A stretch of 53,417 bases of DNA, from assembly GCA_046484865.1 (NCBI GenBank), contig JAWOID010000127.1:1-53417 (forward strand), written 5' to 3'. This document shows, one piece after another, positions 38,652-48,406 of the stretch. The DNA is from Candidatus Krumholzibacteriia bacterium (GTDB lineage Bacteria; Krumholzibacteriota; Krumholzibacteriia; LZORAL124-64-63). Made by a program: the position numbers and the translations under genes. Below the pieces are notes generated by a model. That model was not told where the DNA came from. It did not search any database and was given only the letters and a program-made list of their open reading frames with translations. Numbering within the stretch: the stretch's first letter is position 1; each line of letters starts with the position of its first letter.

Positions 38652-40748
38652 CTACTCCGCCTCGGTATGCCGCTTCTTGTACTCCGACACCAGCCGCGCC
38701 TGGACGTCGCCCGGCACCTCGGCGTAGTGGGAGAACTCCATCGTGAACGTGCCCGTCCCCTGGGTCATCGAGCGCAGGGTCGTGGCATATCCATACAGTT
38801 CGTCCTCGGGGATCACCGCGCCGACCACCTGGTAGCTGCCCTGGGTCTCGCTTCCCTGGATCTGGCCGCGCCGGGTGGAGATGTCGCCCATGACGTCGCC
38901 CATGTACGCCTGGGGCACGGTGATCTTGACGTTCATCACGGGCTCCAGGATGACCGGCCTGAGCTTGTCGGCCTCCTCGTCGACGGCCCGCCTGAGTGCG
39001 ATGCGCGCGGCGGTCTTGAACGCCGCCTCGCTGGAGTCGACGGCGTGGTACGAACCGAAGAAGAGCGCCACCTTCACGTCCACCATCTCGTAGCCCGCGA
39101 CGAGCCCCTCCTTGAGAGTCTCGCGGCACCCCTTCTCCACCGCCGGAATGAACTTGTTCGGCACCACGCCGCCCACGACCTCGTCGGCGAACTCGAAGCC
39201 GGAGCCGCGCGGCAGCGGATCGATGCGCAGGTGGACGTCGCCGAACTGGCCGCGTCCACCGGTCTGCTTCTTGTGCCGTCCCTGCTTCTCGGCCGTCCCC
39301 TTGACAGTCTCCTTGAACGCGACGCGCGGGCGCTCCCGCTCCACCTCGACACCGGTGGCCTTCTTCAGCTTGTCGAGGATGTACGCGGTGTGCGTCTCGC
39401 CCTGCGTCACGAGCACCGACTGGTGCAGGTCCGCCTGGTGGCGCAGTTCGAACGTCGGATCCTCGTCGCGGATCCTGCTCAGCCCGGTGGCCATCTTGTC
39501 CTCGTCCCCGACGGTCACCGGGCGGATCGCCTCGGAGAAGGTGGGTGTGGCGTACGGCACGGGCGGCAACGCGAACGGCTTGCCGGGCGGGTGGAGCGTG
39601 GTGCCGATACCGGTGACCTTCAGCTTCGCCGCGACCACGATGTCGCCGGCCACCGCGGTGTCCACCTTCTCCTTCTGCTTCCCGACGACCACGTTCATCT
39701 GGCCCAGACGCTCCGAGTTCCCGCCGGGAGAGGTGGTGAGATTGGCGCCGCTCTCGAGCGTGCCGCTGAAGACGCGCAGCCACACCACGTCGCCGCCCTG
39801 GGTCTCGAACTGCTTCTTGAAGGCGAACGCGAGCGGATCGCCGCCGGGGCTGCACGGGAAGGCGGCGGCCTCGTCCCGGTCGGGGTTGATCCCCTCGATC
39901 GACTCGATCAACTGCGGGCTCGGCAGGAGGTCGATCACCGCGCGTACCAGATTGGTGACGCCGACCTCGCTGTCGGCGGCCGTCACGACGATGGGGTAGA
40001 CCGTGCCCGCGCTGATGCCGGCCTTCAGACCGCGGACGAGCTCCTCGCGCGTGAGGGAGCCCTCCTCCAGGTACTTCTCCATGAGTTCGTCCACGGTCTC
40101 GGCCGCCGCGTCCATGAGACCCTCGCGGGCAGCCTCAACCGCTCCCTGCAGATCGGCCGGCACGTCCATGACCTCGGGCTGCCCGTCCTCGAACCGGTAG
40201 GCCTTGCCCTCGACGAGATCGACGACCCCTTCGAACCCTTCCCGCTCGCCGATCGGCAGCTGCACCGGCACCGCGTTCACGCCGACGTTCTCGCGGATGC
40301 TGGCCAGGCTCTCCTGCCAGTTCGCGTGCTCCTTGTTCATCCGGTTGACGGCGATCACCGTGGGCTTGTCGAACTGGCGGATCAGGTTCCAGAGACTGTT
40401 GGCCGCCACCTCGAAGCCGCCATCGCCCTTCACCACGAACACCACGCCCTCGACCGCCACCAGGCTCGCATAGAGGTCGCCGCGGAAGTCCTCGACCCCC
40501 GGGGTGTCGATCAGGTTGAGCTTGTGACCCCTGTCCTCCGTCCACGCCAGGCTCGCCGACATGGTCTGTCTCTTGGCGATCTCCTCGTCGAGGTAGTCGA
40601 AGACCGAGCTTCCGTCGTCGACGCTGCCGCGACGGCCCACCTTGCCCGTGACATGCAGGATGGCGTCCGCCAGCGCGGTCTTGCCCACGCCGTGGGGACC
40701 CGCGAGCACCAGGTTCCGGATCTTCTCCGTGGGATAGGTCTTCAACAC
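38652..40748 (-). CDS. fusA2: Elongation factor G paralog (EF-G2-like, non-canonical G motifs)
   Basis: KIRNL, G1 GPHGVGKT, DTPG, EDPTF, KQTGGRGQF, YHAVDSSE, LEPVM, LRSMTQG; not beside rpsL/rpsG. Start is GTG 40748 or TTG 40745. Confidence 0.93.
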   Translation of the reverse strand: MLKTYPTEKIRNLVLAGPHGVGKTALADAILHVTGKVGRRGSVDDGSSVFDYLDEEIAKRQTMSASLAWTEDRGHKLNLIDTPGVEDFRGDLYASLVAVEGVVFVVKGDGGFEVAANSLWNLIRQFDKPTVIAVNRMNKEHANWQESLASIRENVGVNAVPVQLPIGEREGFEGVVDLVEGKAYRFEDGQPEVMDVPADLQGAVEAAREGLMDAAAETVDELMEKYLEEGSLTREELVRGLKAGISAGTVYPIVVTAADSEVGVTNLVRAVIDLLPSPQLIESIEGINPDRDEAAAFPCSPGGDPLAFAFKKQFETQGGDVVWLRVFSGTLESGANLTTSPGGNSERLGQMNVVVGKQKEKVDTAVAGDIVVAAKLKVTGIGTTLHPPGKPFALPPVPYATPTFSEAIRPVTVGDEDKMATGLSRIRDEDPTFELRHQADLHQSVLVTQGETHTAYILDKLKKATGVEVERERPRVAFKETVKGTAEKQGRHKKQTGGRGQFGDVHLRIDPLPRGSGFEFADEVVGGVVPNKFIPAVEKGCRETLKEGLVAGYEMVDVKVALFFGSYHAVDSSEAAFKTAARIALRRAVDEEADKLRPVILEPVMNVKITVPQAYMGDVMGDISTRRGQIQGSETQGSYQVVGAVIPEDELYGYATTLRSMTQGTGTFTMEFSHYAEVPGDVQARLVSEYKKRHTEAE

Positions 40749-40864
40749 TGATCCTCCCGTATCTGCCCGTGTGCGGAAAGACGGTTCCGGGACGTGCAGG
40801 AAACGACCCGGTGGGGTCGCGCGAACCGCCGGCGCGGCCGATCCCGGTTGCAAGGCGAGGACGA

Positions 40865-40893
40865 ATGGTAATAGGCGCCCGGAAGAGTGTCAA
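40865..40893 (-). promoter_or_regulatory. sigma70 promoter for the EF-G paralog-yebC-ruvCAB-queA-tgt cluster
   Basis: TTGACA (40893-40888), 17 nt, TACCAT (40870-40865). Confidence 0.75.
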
Positions 40894-41290
40894 TGCCCCC
40901 GGACGGCGCTCGCTCGCCCCTTGGCGCCTGCCGTCCGGCCGCCGGCCCCCGCTCGCTCGCCGGACGGTTTCGCTGCTTGCCGAATGGCCTCCGGACCGGT
41001 GGGCCCGAGGGTTGCCCCTCGCTTCCGGGACGGCTCCGCTCGCCCGATGGAAGCCCGCGCCGAGCCGGGACTTGTCCAGCGCGGGACCGTTTCCTAACTT
41101 CAGGCAACGGCTTGCCGGGCGACGTCTGGACAGCGCCGGGGCCGTGAGTTACCGTTGGGCCGCCACGAAGCTGCCGGCGCAACGCGGCATGGCAACCTCC
41201 TCCGGTTGCGCCAGACGAGGACGGTCGTGCCAGCGACAGCTGTCCCGCTCCGGAGCCGGGCCCGAATCTCCTGAACCGAGGTGTCGTCCG

Positions 41291-42166
41291 ATGACGCGAT
41301 TCTCCCTGGTGGCTCTGCTCTGCGCCCTGCCCCTGGTCCTCGCCACCACTGCTGGCGCCCAGACCGTTCCCGCCGCGGTGGACACCTCCAGCGCCGCCGT
41401 CAGCGGCCGCACCCCGGGCGTGGCGGCGCCGGTCGAGGACGACGACCTCACCTACGACGACTTCACCGTCAAGGCGTACACCCTCACGCTCTACGGGGGC
41501 TGGTTCTCCGGCGGGACGTTCCTCGAACTGCCGCCGATCGACGGCAACCGCACCTACGTCGAGGAGGGCACCGACCGCATCTACGGCTACGACGGCGAGT
41601 TCCTCAACCTCGATCCGAAGTTCTACGACGCTGCCGTCAAGAAGATCGAGGCCGGCCCCGCCTACGGGGGCAAGCTGGCGGTCTACCTCTCGGACGCATT
41701 CCACATCGACATCACGGGTTCCTACTCGCAAGGCAAGGCGACCACCTCGATGCGGAACAAGCAAGCGCCGGAACGGGAGGACTGGTTCCGCGAGCAGGTG
41801 GACGAAGACGACGGTTTCTCGGTCCTCATGGGCGGCCTCAACCTGGTCTACGACTCGACCGACTTCCGGATCTTGGGTCTTCGCCCGTACCTCGGTTTCG
41901 GCGTGGGCGGCATCATCAACAGCTTCACCGCCCTCGACGATGCGACCGGACTCTACTTCCAGGGCGTCGGCGGCATGAACCTCGACGTGACGGACAAGCT
42001 GGCGGTCGTCGGACAGTTCCAGGTCACGACCTTCAGCTTCAGCAGGCAGGAACTGGACTACGGGAAGCAGGTGACGTACGGGCAGGCCTTCGTGGGGCTG
42101 TCGTACTTCTTCGACGTGTTGCCGGAAGAGGTTCGTGCCGCCCGCGAAGCCTCCCGCGACCAGTAG
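41291..42166 (+). CDS. Outer-membrane beta-barrel protein (OmpA/OmpW-like, probably 8-stranded)
   Basis: Signal peptide ending AGA; alternating strands YTLTLYGGW, YGGKLAVY, MGGLNLVY, RPYLGFGVGG, FQGVGGMNL, AFVGLSYFF. Confidence 0.8.
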   Translation: MTRFSLVALLCALPLVLATTAGAQTVPAAVDTSSAAVSGRTPGVAAPVEDDDLTYDDFTVKAYTLTLYGGWFSGGTFLELPPIDGNRTYVEEGTDRIYGYDGEFLNLDPKFYDAAVKKIEAGPAYGGKLAVYLSDAFHIDITGSYSQGKATTSMRNKQAPEREDWFREQVDEDDGFSVLMGGLNLVYDSTDFRILGLRPYLGFGVGGIINSFTALDDATGLYFQGVGGMNLDVTDKLAVVGQFQVTTFSFSRQELDYGKQVTYGQAFVGLSYFFDVLPEEVRAAREASRDQ

Positions 42167-42443
42167 CCCCGTGTCTCGCGGAAGATCGCGGTCTCCGCGG
42201 CTGGCGAGACCGTCGGGTCCCTCTCGAGAGGCCGCTGCCCGGAGCGGCCTCTGGCCGTCCAGGTCGGGTCGCTTCACCCACAGCGCACGGTTCAACCCAG
42301 ACCGGCACGCGCTTGCGCCAGCCCGCCCGCGGAAACCCCGGCCGGCGGCCAAGGCTCTGTGAATCTTGGGGTTACGCCTGGCGCCGAGGAACCGGCGGGC
42401 AGGTTTCGTGGCCTCGGCGCTCCTCGACGCAACGCCCAACGGA

Positions 42444-42472
42444 AAGACCGCCGGTAGCCAGCCGGCGGTCTT
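42444..42472 (-). terminator. Intrinsic terminator-like hairpin downstream of the H1-like gene
   Basis: 11-bp stem aagaccgccgg / ccggcggtctt with short T runs on both strands; lies between convergent genes. Confidence 0.65.
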
Positions 42473-42507
42473 CTTCCGCGCTTTCACCAGGCCGTCTGCC
42501 GGCCTCG

Positions 42508-42717
42508 TCAAGTCTTCTTGTTGGTCTTCTTGCCGGCGGTCTTCTTGGCCGCCTTCTTCGTGGTCTTCTTCTTCGCGGCCTTCTTCGTCGTCTTCTTCTT
42601 CGCGGCCTTCTTCGTGGTCTTCTTCTTCGCAGCCTTCTTGGTCGTCTTCTTCTTGGCTGCCTTCTTCGTGGTCTTCTTCTTCGCCGTCTTCTTCGCGGTG
42701 GCCGCCGCGGCTAACAT
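42508..42717 (-). CDS. Small lysine-rich histone H1-like protein
   Basis: GGAGGAG RBS; MLAAAATAKKTA(KKKTTKKAA)x4KKTAGKKTNKKT; synonymous variation between the 27-bp repeat units; own terminator. Confidence 0.85.
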   Translation of the reverse strand: MLAAAATAKKTAKKKTTKKAAKKKTTKKAAKKKTTKKAAKKKTTKKAAKKKTTKKAAKKTAGKKTNKKT

Positions 42718-42971
42718 TCTGCTCTCCTCCATCTGCGAACCTCGCTTTGTGAGGGTTCCGGTTCACCCGCCATCAGAATCCCCGACCGGCGGATGTGACC
42801 TCCTGTCCGAACCGTGCGACCTCACCGCGTCTCGGGGCGGCAGGCCGTTGGCCGTGGCTGCGCTGTCTCCACTGAGGCGTTGCGATCTTCACGATGTACC
42901 TCTTCGCTTCGATCGCTCTCGAGCCGGGCCGGTGCAGCTCTGGTCGTCAAGCCTTCGGTGAAAGCGTTGTC

Positions 42972-43001
42972 ATTATTTCGAGCGCTGGAAAAAGGTGTCA
43001 A
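42972..43001 (-). promoter_or_regulatory. Candidate promoter for the H1-like gene
   Basis: TTGACA (43001-42996), 18 nt, AATAAT (42977-42972), in a locally AT-rich patch. Confidence 0.55.
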
Positions 43002-43375
43002 CATAAAATTCGTCGTTTGCGCGAAAGAAGCAGAAAGAGAATCGGCCGACGAGCGCCGACGACGGGACGCGCGCGCAGCGCCGGCGGTCGCTCGACGCAG
43101 CCGGTGTCGCATCGCGATGGACGCCGGCGCGGACGACCGTCACCTGGCGAATCGCTCTCGCGTGTCGACCCGTCCTGCGCGCGAGCACGGCATGAGCACG
43201 TCGACCTCGCGCGCCGGCGGTCGCGAACCGCGCGTGTTCCGGTGGTGCGCAGGGTGGGATCCGACTCGTGAGCGAGTCGCTCGGCGCAGCGGTGTGTGCG
43301 CTTCCCTTTTCTCGCCATGGTCCGCTGTCAGGAGGACTCTCATCTCCAGGTCTTGCCCACGCCGGGCGTATCACG

Positions 43376-43409
43376 ACGAGGACCCGCACCGTGGGGTGCG
43401 GGTCCTCGT
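43376..43409. terminator. 15-bp perfect hairpin just downstream of tRNA-Leu
   Basis: acgaggacccgcacc / gtgg / ggtgcgggtcctcgt; no U-tract. Confidence 0.55.
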
Positions 43410-43414
43410 GATCC

Positions 43415-43500
43415 TGGTGCCCGGGGCGGGATTCGAACCCGCACGGCTTGTGGCCACTACCCCCTCAAGATAGCGTGTCTACCAATTCCACCACCCGGGC
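43415..43500 (-). tRNA. tRNA-Leu (anticodon GAG)
   Basis: GCCCGGG acceptor stem, D-arm TGGTGGAATTGGTAGACAC, anticodon loop TTGAGGG, long variable arm, GGTTCGAATCC, encoded CCA; secG-tRNA-Leu linkage. Confidence 0.97.
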
Positions 43501-43572
43501 CTCATGCTCCGTCTCGAGCCGCGGCCTGCAGGCGACCGGCGCCGGCAGCGAGCTGCGGCGTCCGCATCAGGA

Positions 43573-44076
43573 TCAGCCGCCGCCCCCGTCTCCCGCGCCG
43601 CCCCGGCCCTGATCGGTCTCGCCGCCCCGGCCGCCCTCGCCGGCTCCGGACTGGTCCGACCGTTCACCGGCAGCACCGCCCTCGCCACCACCGGTGGCCG
43701 GAGGCGCCGGAGTCTCCTCGGGCGCCTGGGTGCCCGGGAGGGTGAACACATCGGTGGCGGGAGCGGGCATCGTCTCGGTCGAGGCGGGCAGGTCGCCGCG
43801 CCGGGCGGCATCCTGAACCACCGAGCCGCCTGGCGCGCCACGCTCGCCGGTCAGGGTGAACAGCAGGAACGACGTCACGAAGAACGCGGCGCCGCAGTAG
43901 ATGGTCACCTTGTGCAGCAGCGTCGTCATGCCTCGCGTGCCGAGTATCTGCTGGGGCGCACCGCCCGAACCGCCGAAGGCGCCCGCGAGGCCGCCGCCCT
44001 TGCTGGACTGCAGCAGGACGACCACCATGAGCACGAGACTGACCACGATGTGGAGAATGAGAACCAGCGTATACAT
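43573..44076 (-). CDS. secG: Preprotein translocase subunit SecG with long low-complexity tail
   Basis: TM1, LLQSSKGGGLAGAFGG, LLHKVT, TM2. Confidence 0.94.
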   Translation of the reverse strand: MYTLVLILHIVVSLVLMVVVLLQSSKGGGLAGAFGGSGGAPQQILGTRGMTTLLHKVTIYCGAAFFVTSFLLFTLTGERGAPGGSVVQDAARRGDLPASTETMPAPATDVFTLPGTQAPEETPAPPATGGGEGGAAGERSDQSGAGEGGRGGETDQGRGGAGDGGGG

Positions 44077-44255
44077 CGAGCGCAACTCCTGCAGCTCTGC
44101 TCTCGCTCGCGGAGCGTTCGCGCACCCGGATGGCATCGAGCGCGGATCGTTCGCTTGCGGATCGTTTCGAGGACCGGGCGACGGGCGTCACCGGCCACGC
44201 CCCGTCGCCGGCGGCTCCCGCCGAAATGGCGACCAGCCCGCACGCGCGGCGGGCA

Positions 44256-44284
44256 AACATAGAATCCGTTCCCGACGATGTCAA
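44256..44284 (-). promoter_or_regulatory. sigma70 promoter for secG-tRNA-Leu
   Basis: TTGACA (44284-44279), 17 nt, TATGTT (44261-44256). Confidence 0.7.
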
Positions 44285-44372
44285 CCGTCCCGGGCGGGCG
44301 GGGTTCCAGGCACCGGACCGTCAGGGCCGCGTGAACACGCTGCCGCGGTCCCGGAGCGCGCGGCCGTCACGC

Positions 44373-45572
<1,200 letters not shown>

Positions 45573-45686
45573 GATGCCACTCCTCTCGAGCGATGGGACG
45601 GCGGGGTCGCCGCACGCGGCTCCGCGCACCGACGGGTTCCGCTCTCCTGGCCCTAATGCCTTGCTTTCCTTGCGCTTGGGGGCTGT

Positions 45687-45715
45687 ATGCTAGGAACGGA
45701 CCGCCGGGGTGTCAA
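45687..45715 (-). promoter_or_regulatory. sigma70 promoter for pgk (overlaps the 3' end of comF)
   Basis: TTGACA (45715-45710), 17 nt, TAGCAT (45692-45687). Confidence 0.7.
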
Positions 45716-46604
45716 GCGCCGCGCCGGACGCCTCGTCCGCGACGTTCACGGTATCGGGAACCAGACCGGCCGCCACGGCGGCCAGTGGACGCCAGCCCGC
45801 CTGCGCCAGCGCTGCCGCCACGGCCGCCACGGTGGCTCCGCTGGTGATGAGGTCGTCCACGATGATGACGCCGCGGGCGTCGGACCCGGCGGCCGGGCTG
45901 CGCGCGGTGAACGCGTTCTTCACGTTCTCGCGACGCCCGCCCGCGCTGGCCGGAAGCCTGGCCTGCTGGGGCGTGGCCCGGCAGCGTCGCACGAGATCGG
46001 GCGGCGCCACCGGCCAGCCGCGAGGCGCCGCGAGCACCGCCAGCGCCCTCGCCTGGTCGAATCCGCGCACGCGGCGCCGGCGACCGTGCAGCGGCACCGG
46101 CACCAGGAGCGGCGGCCGGGCGGCGGGGACGACGCGTTCGCGAACCAGCATCGCCAGCGCGCGCGCCGCGAGCGGCGCCAGAGCGATCCCGAGGCCGCGC
46201 ACGCCGTGATACTTCCAGCGCGAGACGACCTGGGCGAGTTCGGCGCCGGTGGCGCACCCGCCCGCCGCCGGGAGCAGGGTTCCGTCGTCGAGCACGAACC
46301 GTCGCCGGACCGGGCCGCGCTGCCAGTTCCGCCGGCATGCGCCACAGATCAAAGGCCGATCCCAGGGGCGCAATCCGCCTCCGGCCGGACGGCGGATCGG
46401 CACCGGAGGCGCCTCGAGGTCACCGCCGCAGAGGACGCACCGCGGAGGATAGACCGCGTCGAGCACCAGCCCTCCCGCTCCGGTCGCGCCCCAGAGCAGG
46501 GCGCGCGCGGCGGCCGCACTCGCATGACGAGCCGCGTCCAGGGCGGCGATCAGAAAAGCGGCACGACCGGCTGCACCGGTTCCGCACGGATCGGCGCCGT
46601 TCAC
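45690..46604 (-). CDS. comF: ComF family protein (zinc ribbon plus phosphoribosyltransferase fold)
   Basis: PPRCVLC...CGAC, WKYHG, VPVPLH, RGFDQA, RRENVKNAF, IVDDLITSGAT. Start uncertain. Confidence 0.88.
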   Translation of the reverse strand: MNGADPCGTGAAGRAAFLIAALDAARHASAAAARALLWGATGAGGLVLDAVYPPRCVLCGGDLEAPPVPIRRPAGGGLRPWDRPLICGACRRNWQRGPVRRRFVLDDGTLLPAAGGCATGAELAQVVSRWKYHGVRGLGIALAPLAARALAMLVRERVVPAARPPLLVPVPLHGRRRRVRGFDQARALAVLAAPRGWPVAPPDLVRRCRATPQQARLPASAGGRRENVKNAFTARSPAAGSDARGVIIVDDLITSGATVAAVAAALAQAGWRPLAAVAAGLVPDTVNVADEASGAALDTPAVRS

Positions 46605-46624
46605 GGGTCTTCTCCCGTGGGAGG

Positions 46625-47620
46625 TCAGTCGAGGGCGCGGCGCATGGCCTGCCACGGCACGGGCATGCCGAACCACCAGGCGAAGGCGAGTCCACCCTGC
46701 ATCAGCAGGACGGGTTTGCCGTCGACCGGATGAGCGCCGGCGGGCAGCACGGCGTCGGGTCTCTGGCCGCCGTAACGGAGGTCCAGGACCACGGGGCCGG
46801 CCCCGGGCTCCGGAGGGAACTCTGGTTCGACCCCGGCGACCGGCGGAAGTTCGGCGCCGACCCCGGTTGCCGGAGCGAGGTCTGCGCCGGCGCCCGGGCT
46901 CACGCCAGACTCACCCTCGGCGGTCGGCGGCAGGTACCGCGTGGGATCCTCACCGCCGGCCAGCGCGACCACCACCAGGGCGGCGGGAGCAGGACGCCGC
47001 GGCTCCAGCGGCAGGACGGTGCAGCGCGCTCGCCGCGACCAGGTCTCCTGTGCGAGCCAGCGCTCGAGGTGGCGGCGATCCTCCCCGGAACGGCTGCGGA
47101 TCTCGATCTCGTCCAACCCGAGTCCGTCCAGGGCGTGGATGGCCGCCCGGGCCGATCCGCCGGCACCCAGGACCAGTGCGCGCTGCGGGGCGGGACGATG
47201 ACGGAACACCTCGGCCAGCACCGCGCGGATGCCGCCGCTGTTCGTGTTGTGCCCCAGCCAGCGGTCGCCGTCCAGCTTCACGGTATCGACGGCGCCCAGT
47301 TCGCGTGCCACGTCGGTGCGGCCGGCACAGAGTCCGGCCGCCGCCTCCTCGAGCGGTGCGGTGAGATTGAAGCCGGCCATTCCGGCGGCCGCTCCCCGCT
47401 CGCGCAGGGCGGCCAGGTGGCCGACGGGCACCCGCGCGGCCACACAGACGGCGGGCAGCCCCCGGTCCTGCAGGGCGGCATTGTGCAGTGCCGGCAGGAG
47501 CGAGTGCGCCACCGGATCACCCAGCACGGCGTAGAAGTCGCTGTCGGGGCGCCAGGGCTCGCCATCCAGACGCCAAGTCCCGTCGGCCGCCACCTCGAGG
47601 ATGTGGCGCTGCTCAGACAC
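46625..47620 (-). CDS. aroE: Shikimate dehydrogenase-like protein with substituted catalytic residues
   Basis: VLGDPVAHSLLPALHN, GFNLTAP, GAVDT, GHNTN, LGAGGSARA, DLRY, DG....QG. Confidence 0.8.
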   Translation of the reverse strand: MSEQRHILEVAADGTWRLDGEPWRPDSDFYAVLGDPVAHSLLPALHNAALQDRGLPAVCVAARVPVGHLAALRERGAAAGMAGFNLTAPLEEAAAGLCAGRTDVARELGAVDTVKLDGDRWLGHNTNSGGIRAVLAEVFRHRPAPQRALVLGAGGSARAAIHALDGLGLDEIEIRSRSGEDRRHLERWLAQETWSRRARCTVLPLEPRRPAPAALVVVALAGGEDPTRYLPPTAEGESGVSPGAGADLAPATGVGAELPPVAGVEPEFPPEPGAGPVVLDLRYGGQRPDAVLPAGAHPVDGKPVLLMQGGLAFAWWFGMPVPWQAMRRALD

Positions 47621-48389
47621 GGGCGGTCTCCCGCCGCTTGAGCAGCAGCGCGGTCGCCCCTGCAACCACCATCACCAGGCTGATCCACTGGTTGTTGCTC
47701 AGCCCCAGCCACACCTGCTCCGTCTCGTAGTAGCGCGTGAGGTCGAGCACGAACCTGGCTGCACCGTACAGCAGCAGGAAGCGGAAGAACGTCGCACCGC
47801 TGGGCGAGGGACGGCGCTCCCAGATCAGCAGGATGCCGAACACCAGGAACGCCAGGGCCGAGGCGTACAGCTGCGCAGGATGGATGGCCACGTCGCCGAA
47901 GGTGCGCGAGGGCAGCGACCCGTGCGGAAAGTGGACGCCCACCGGGCAGGTGGTCGGATTGCCGAAACAGCAGCCGGCCAGGAAGCAACCGATGCGAGTG
48001 ATGCCGATGCCCAGCATCAGCGCCGGCGCCATGATGTCGGCCATGGTCAGGAACGGGATGCCCCGCCGGCGGGTCTGCCACCAGACCGCCAGGGTGGCCG
48101 CGATGATCCCGCCGTAGAGGGTCAGCCCGCCCGAGTCCCAGACGAAGAACGCACGGTACCAGGGGTCGAACTGTCCGCCCGCAGCGAACTCGCCCGGATG
48201 GGTGATCACGTAGAACAGCCGGACGCCGATGATGCTGGAGACCAGCACCACGAACACGAGGTCCAGGACGGAGTCCGCGTGGATTCCCCGGGCGCGGCCC
48301 CGGCGCACGCACAGCCACGCCCCGACCAGGAAGCTGATCGCGAGCAGGAGGCCCCAGCTCTTGATGAAGCCGAAGATCTCTGGATGCAT
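47613..48389 (-). CDS. lgt: Prolipoprotein diacylglyceryl transferase
   Basis: IIGVRLFYV, GGLTLYGG, RIGCFLAGCCFG, HPAQLY, RFVLD; multiple TM helices. Confidence 0.92.
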   Translation of the reverse strand: MHPEIFGFIKSWGLLLAISFLVGAWLCVRRGRARGIHADSVLDLVFVVLVSSIIGVRLFYVITHPGEFAAGGQFDPWYRAFFVWDSGGLTLYGGIIAATLAVWWQTRRRGIPFLTMADIMAPALMLGIGITRIGCFLAGCCFGNPTTCPVGVHFPHGSLPSRTFGDVAIHPAQLYASALAFLVFGILLIWERRPSPSGATFFRFLLLYGAARFVLDLTRYYETEQVWLGLSNNQWISLVMVVAGATALLLKRRETARV

Positions 48390-48406
48390 GATTCCTCTCC
48401 GGGCCG

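Noticed and set aside
42366..42961. Plus-strand Ser-rich and Phe-rich repeat ORFs
   Set aside because: They are antisense readings of the Lys-rich repeat; the SD, promoter and synonymous variation support the minus-strand frame.
43020..43414. Integrated element at the tRNA-Leu 3' end
   Set aside because: No integrase and no duplicated tRNA 3' end (att). Only a 14-bp GC-rich direct repeat (gcgccggcggtcgc at ~43078 and ~43211), which may be chance.
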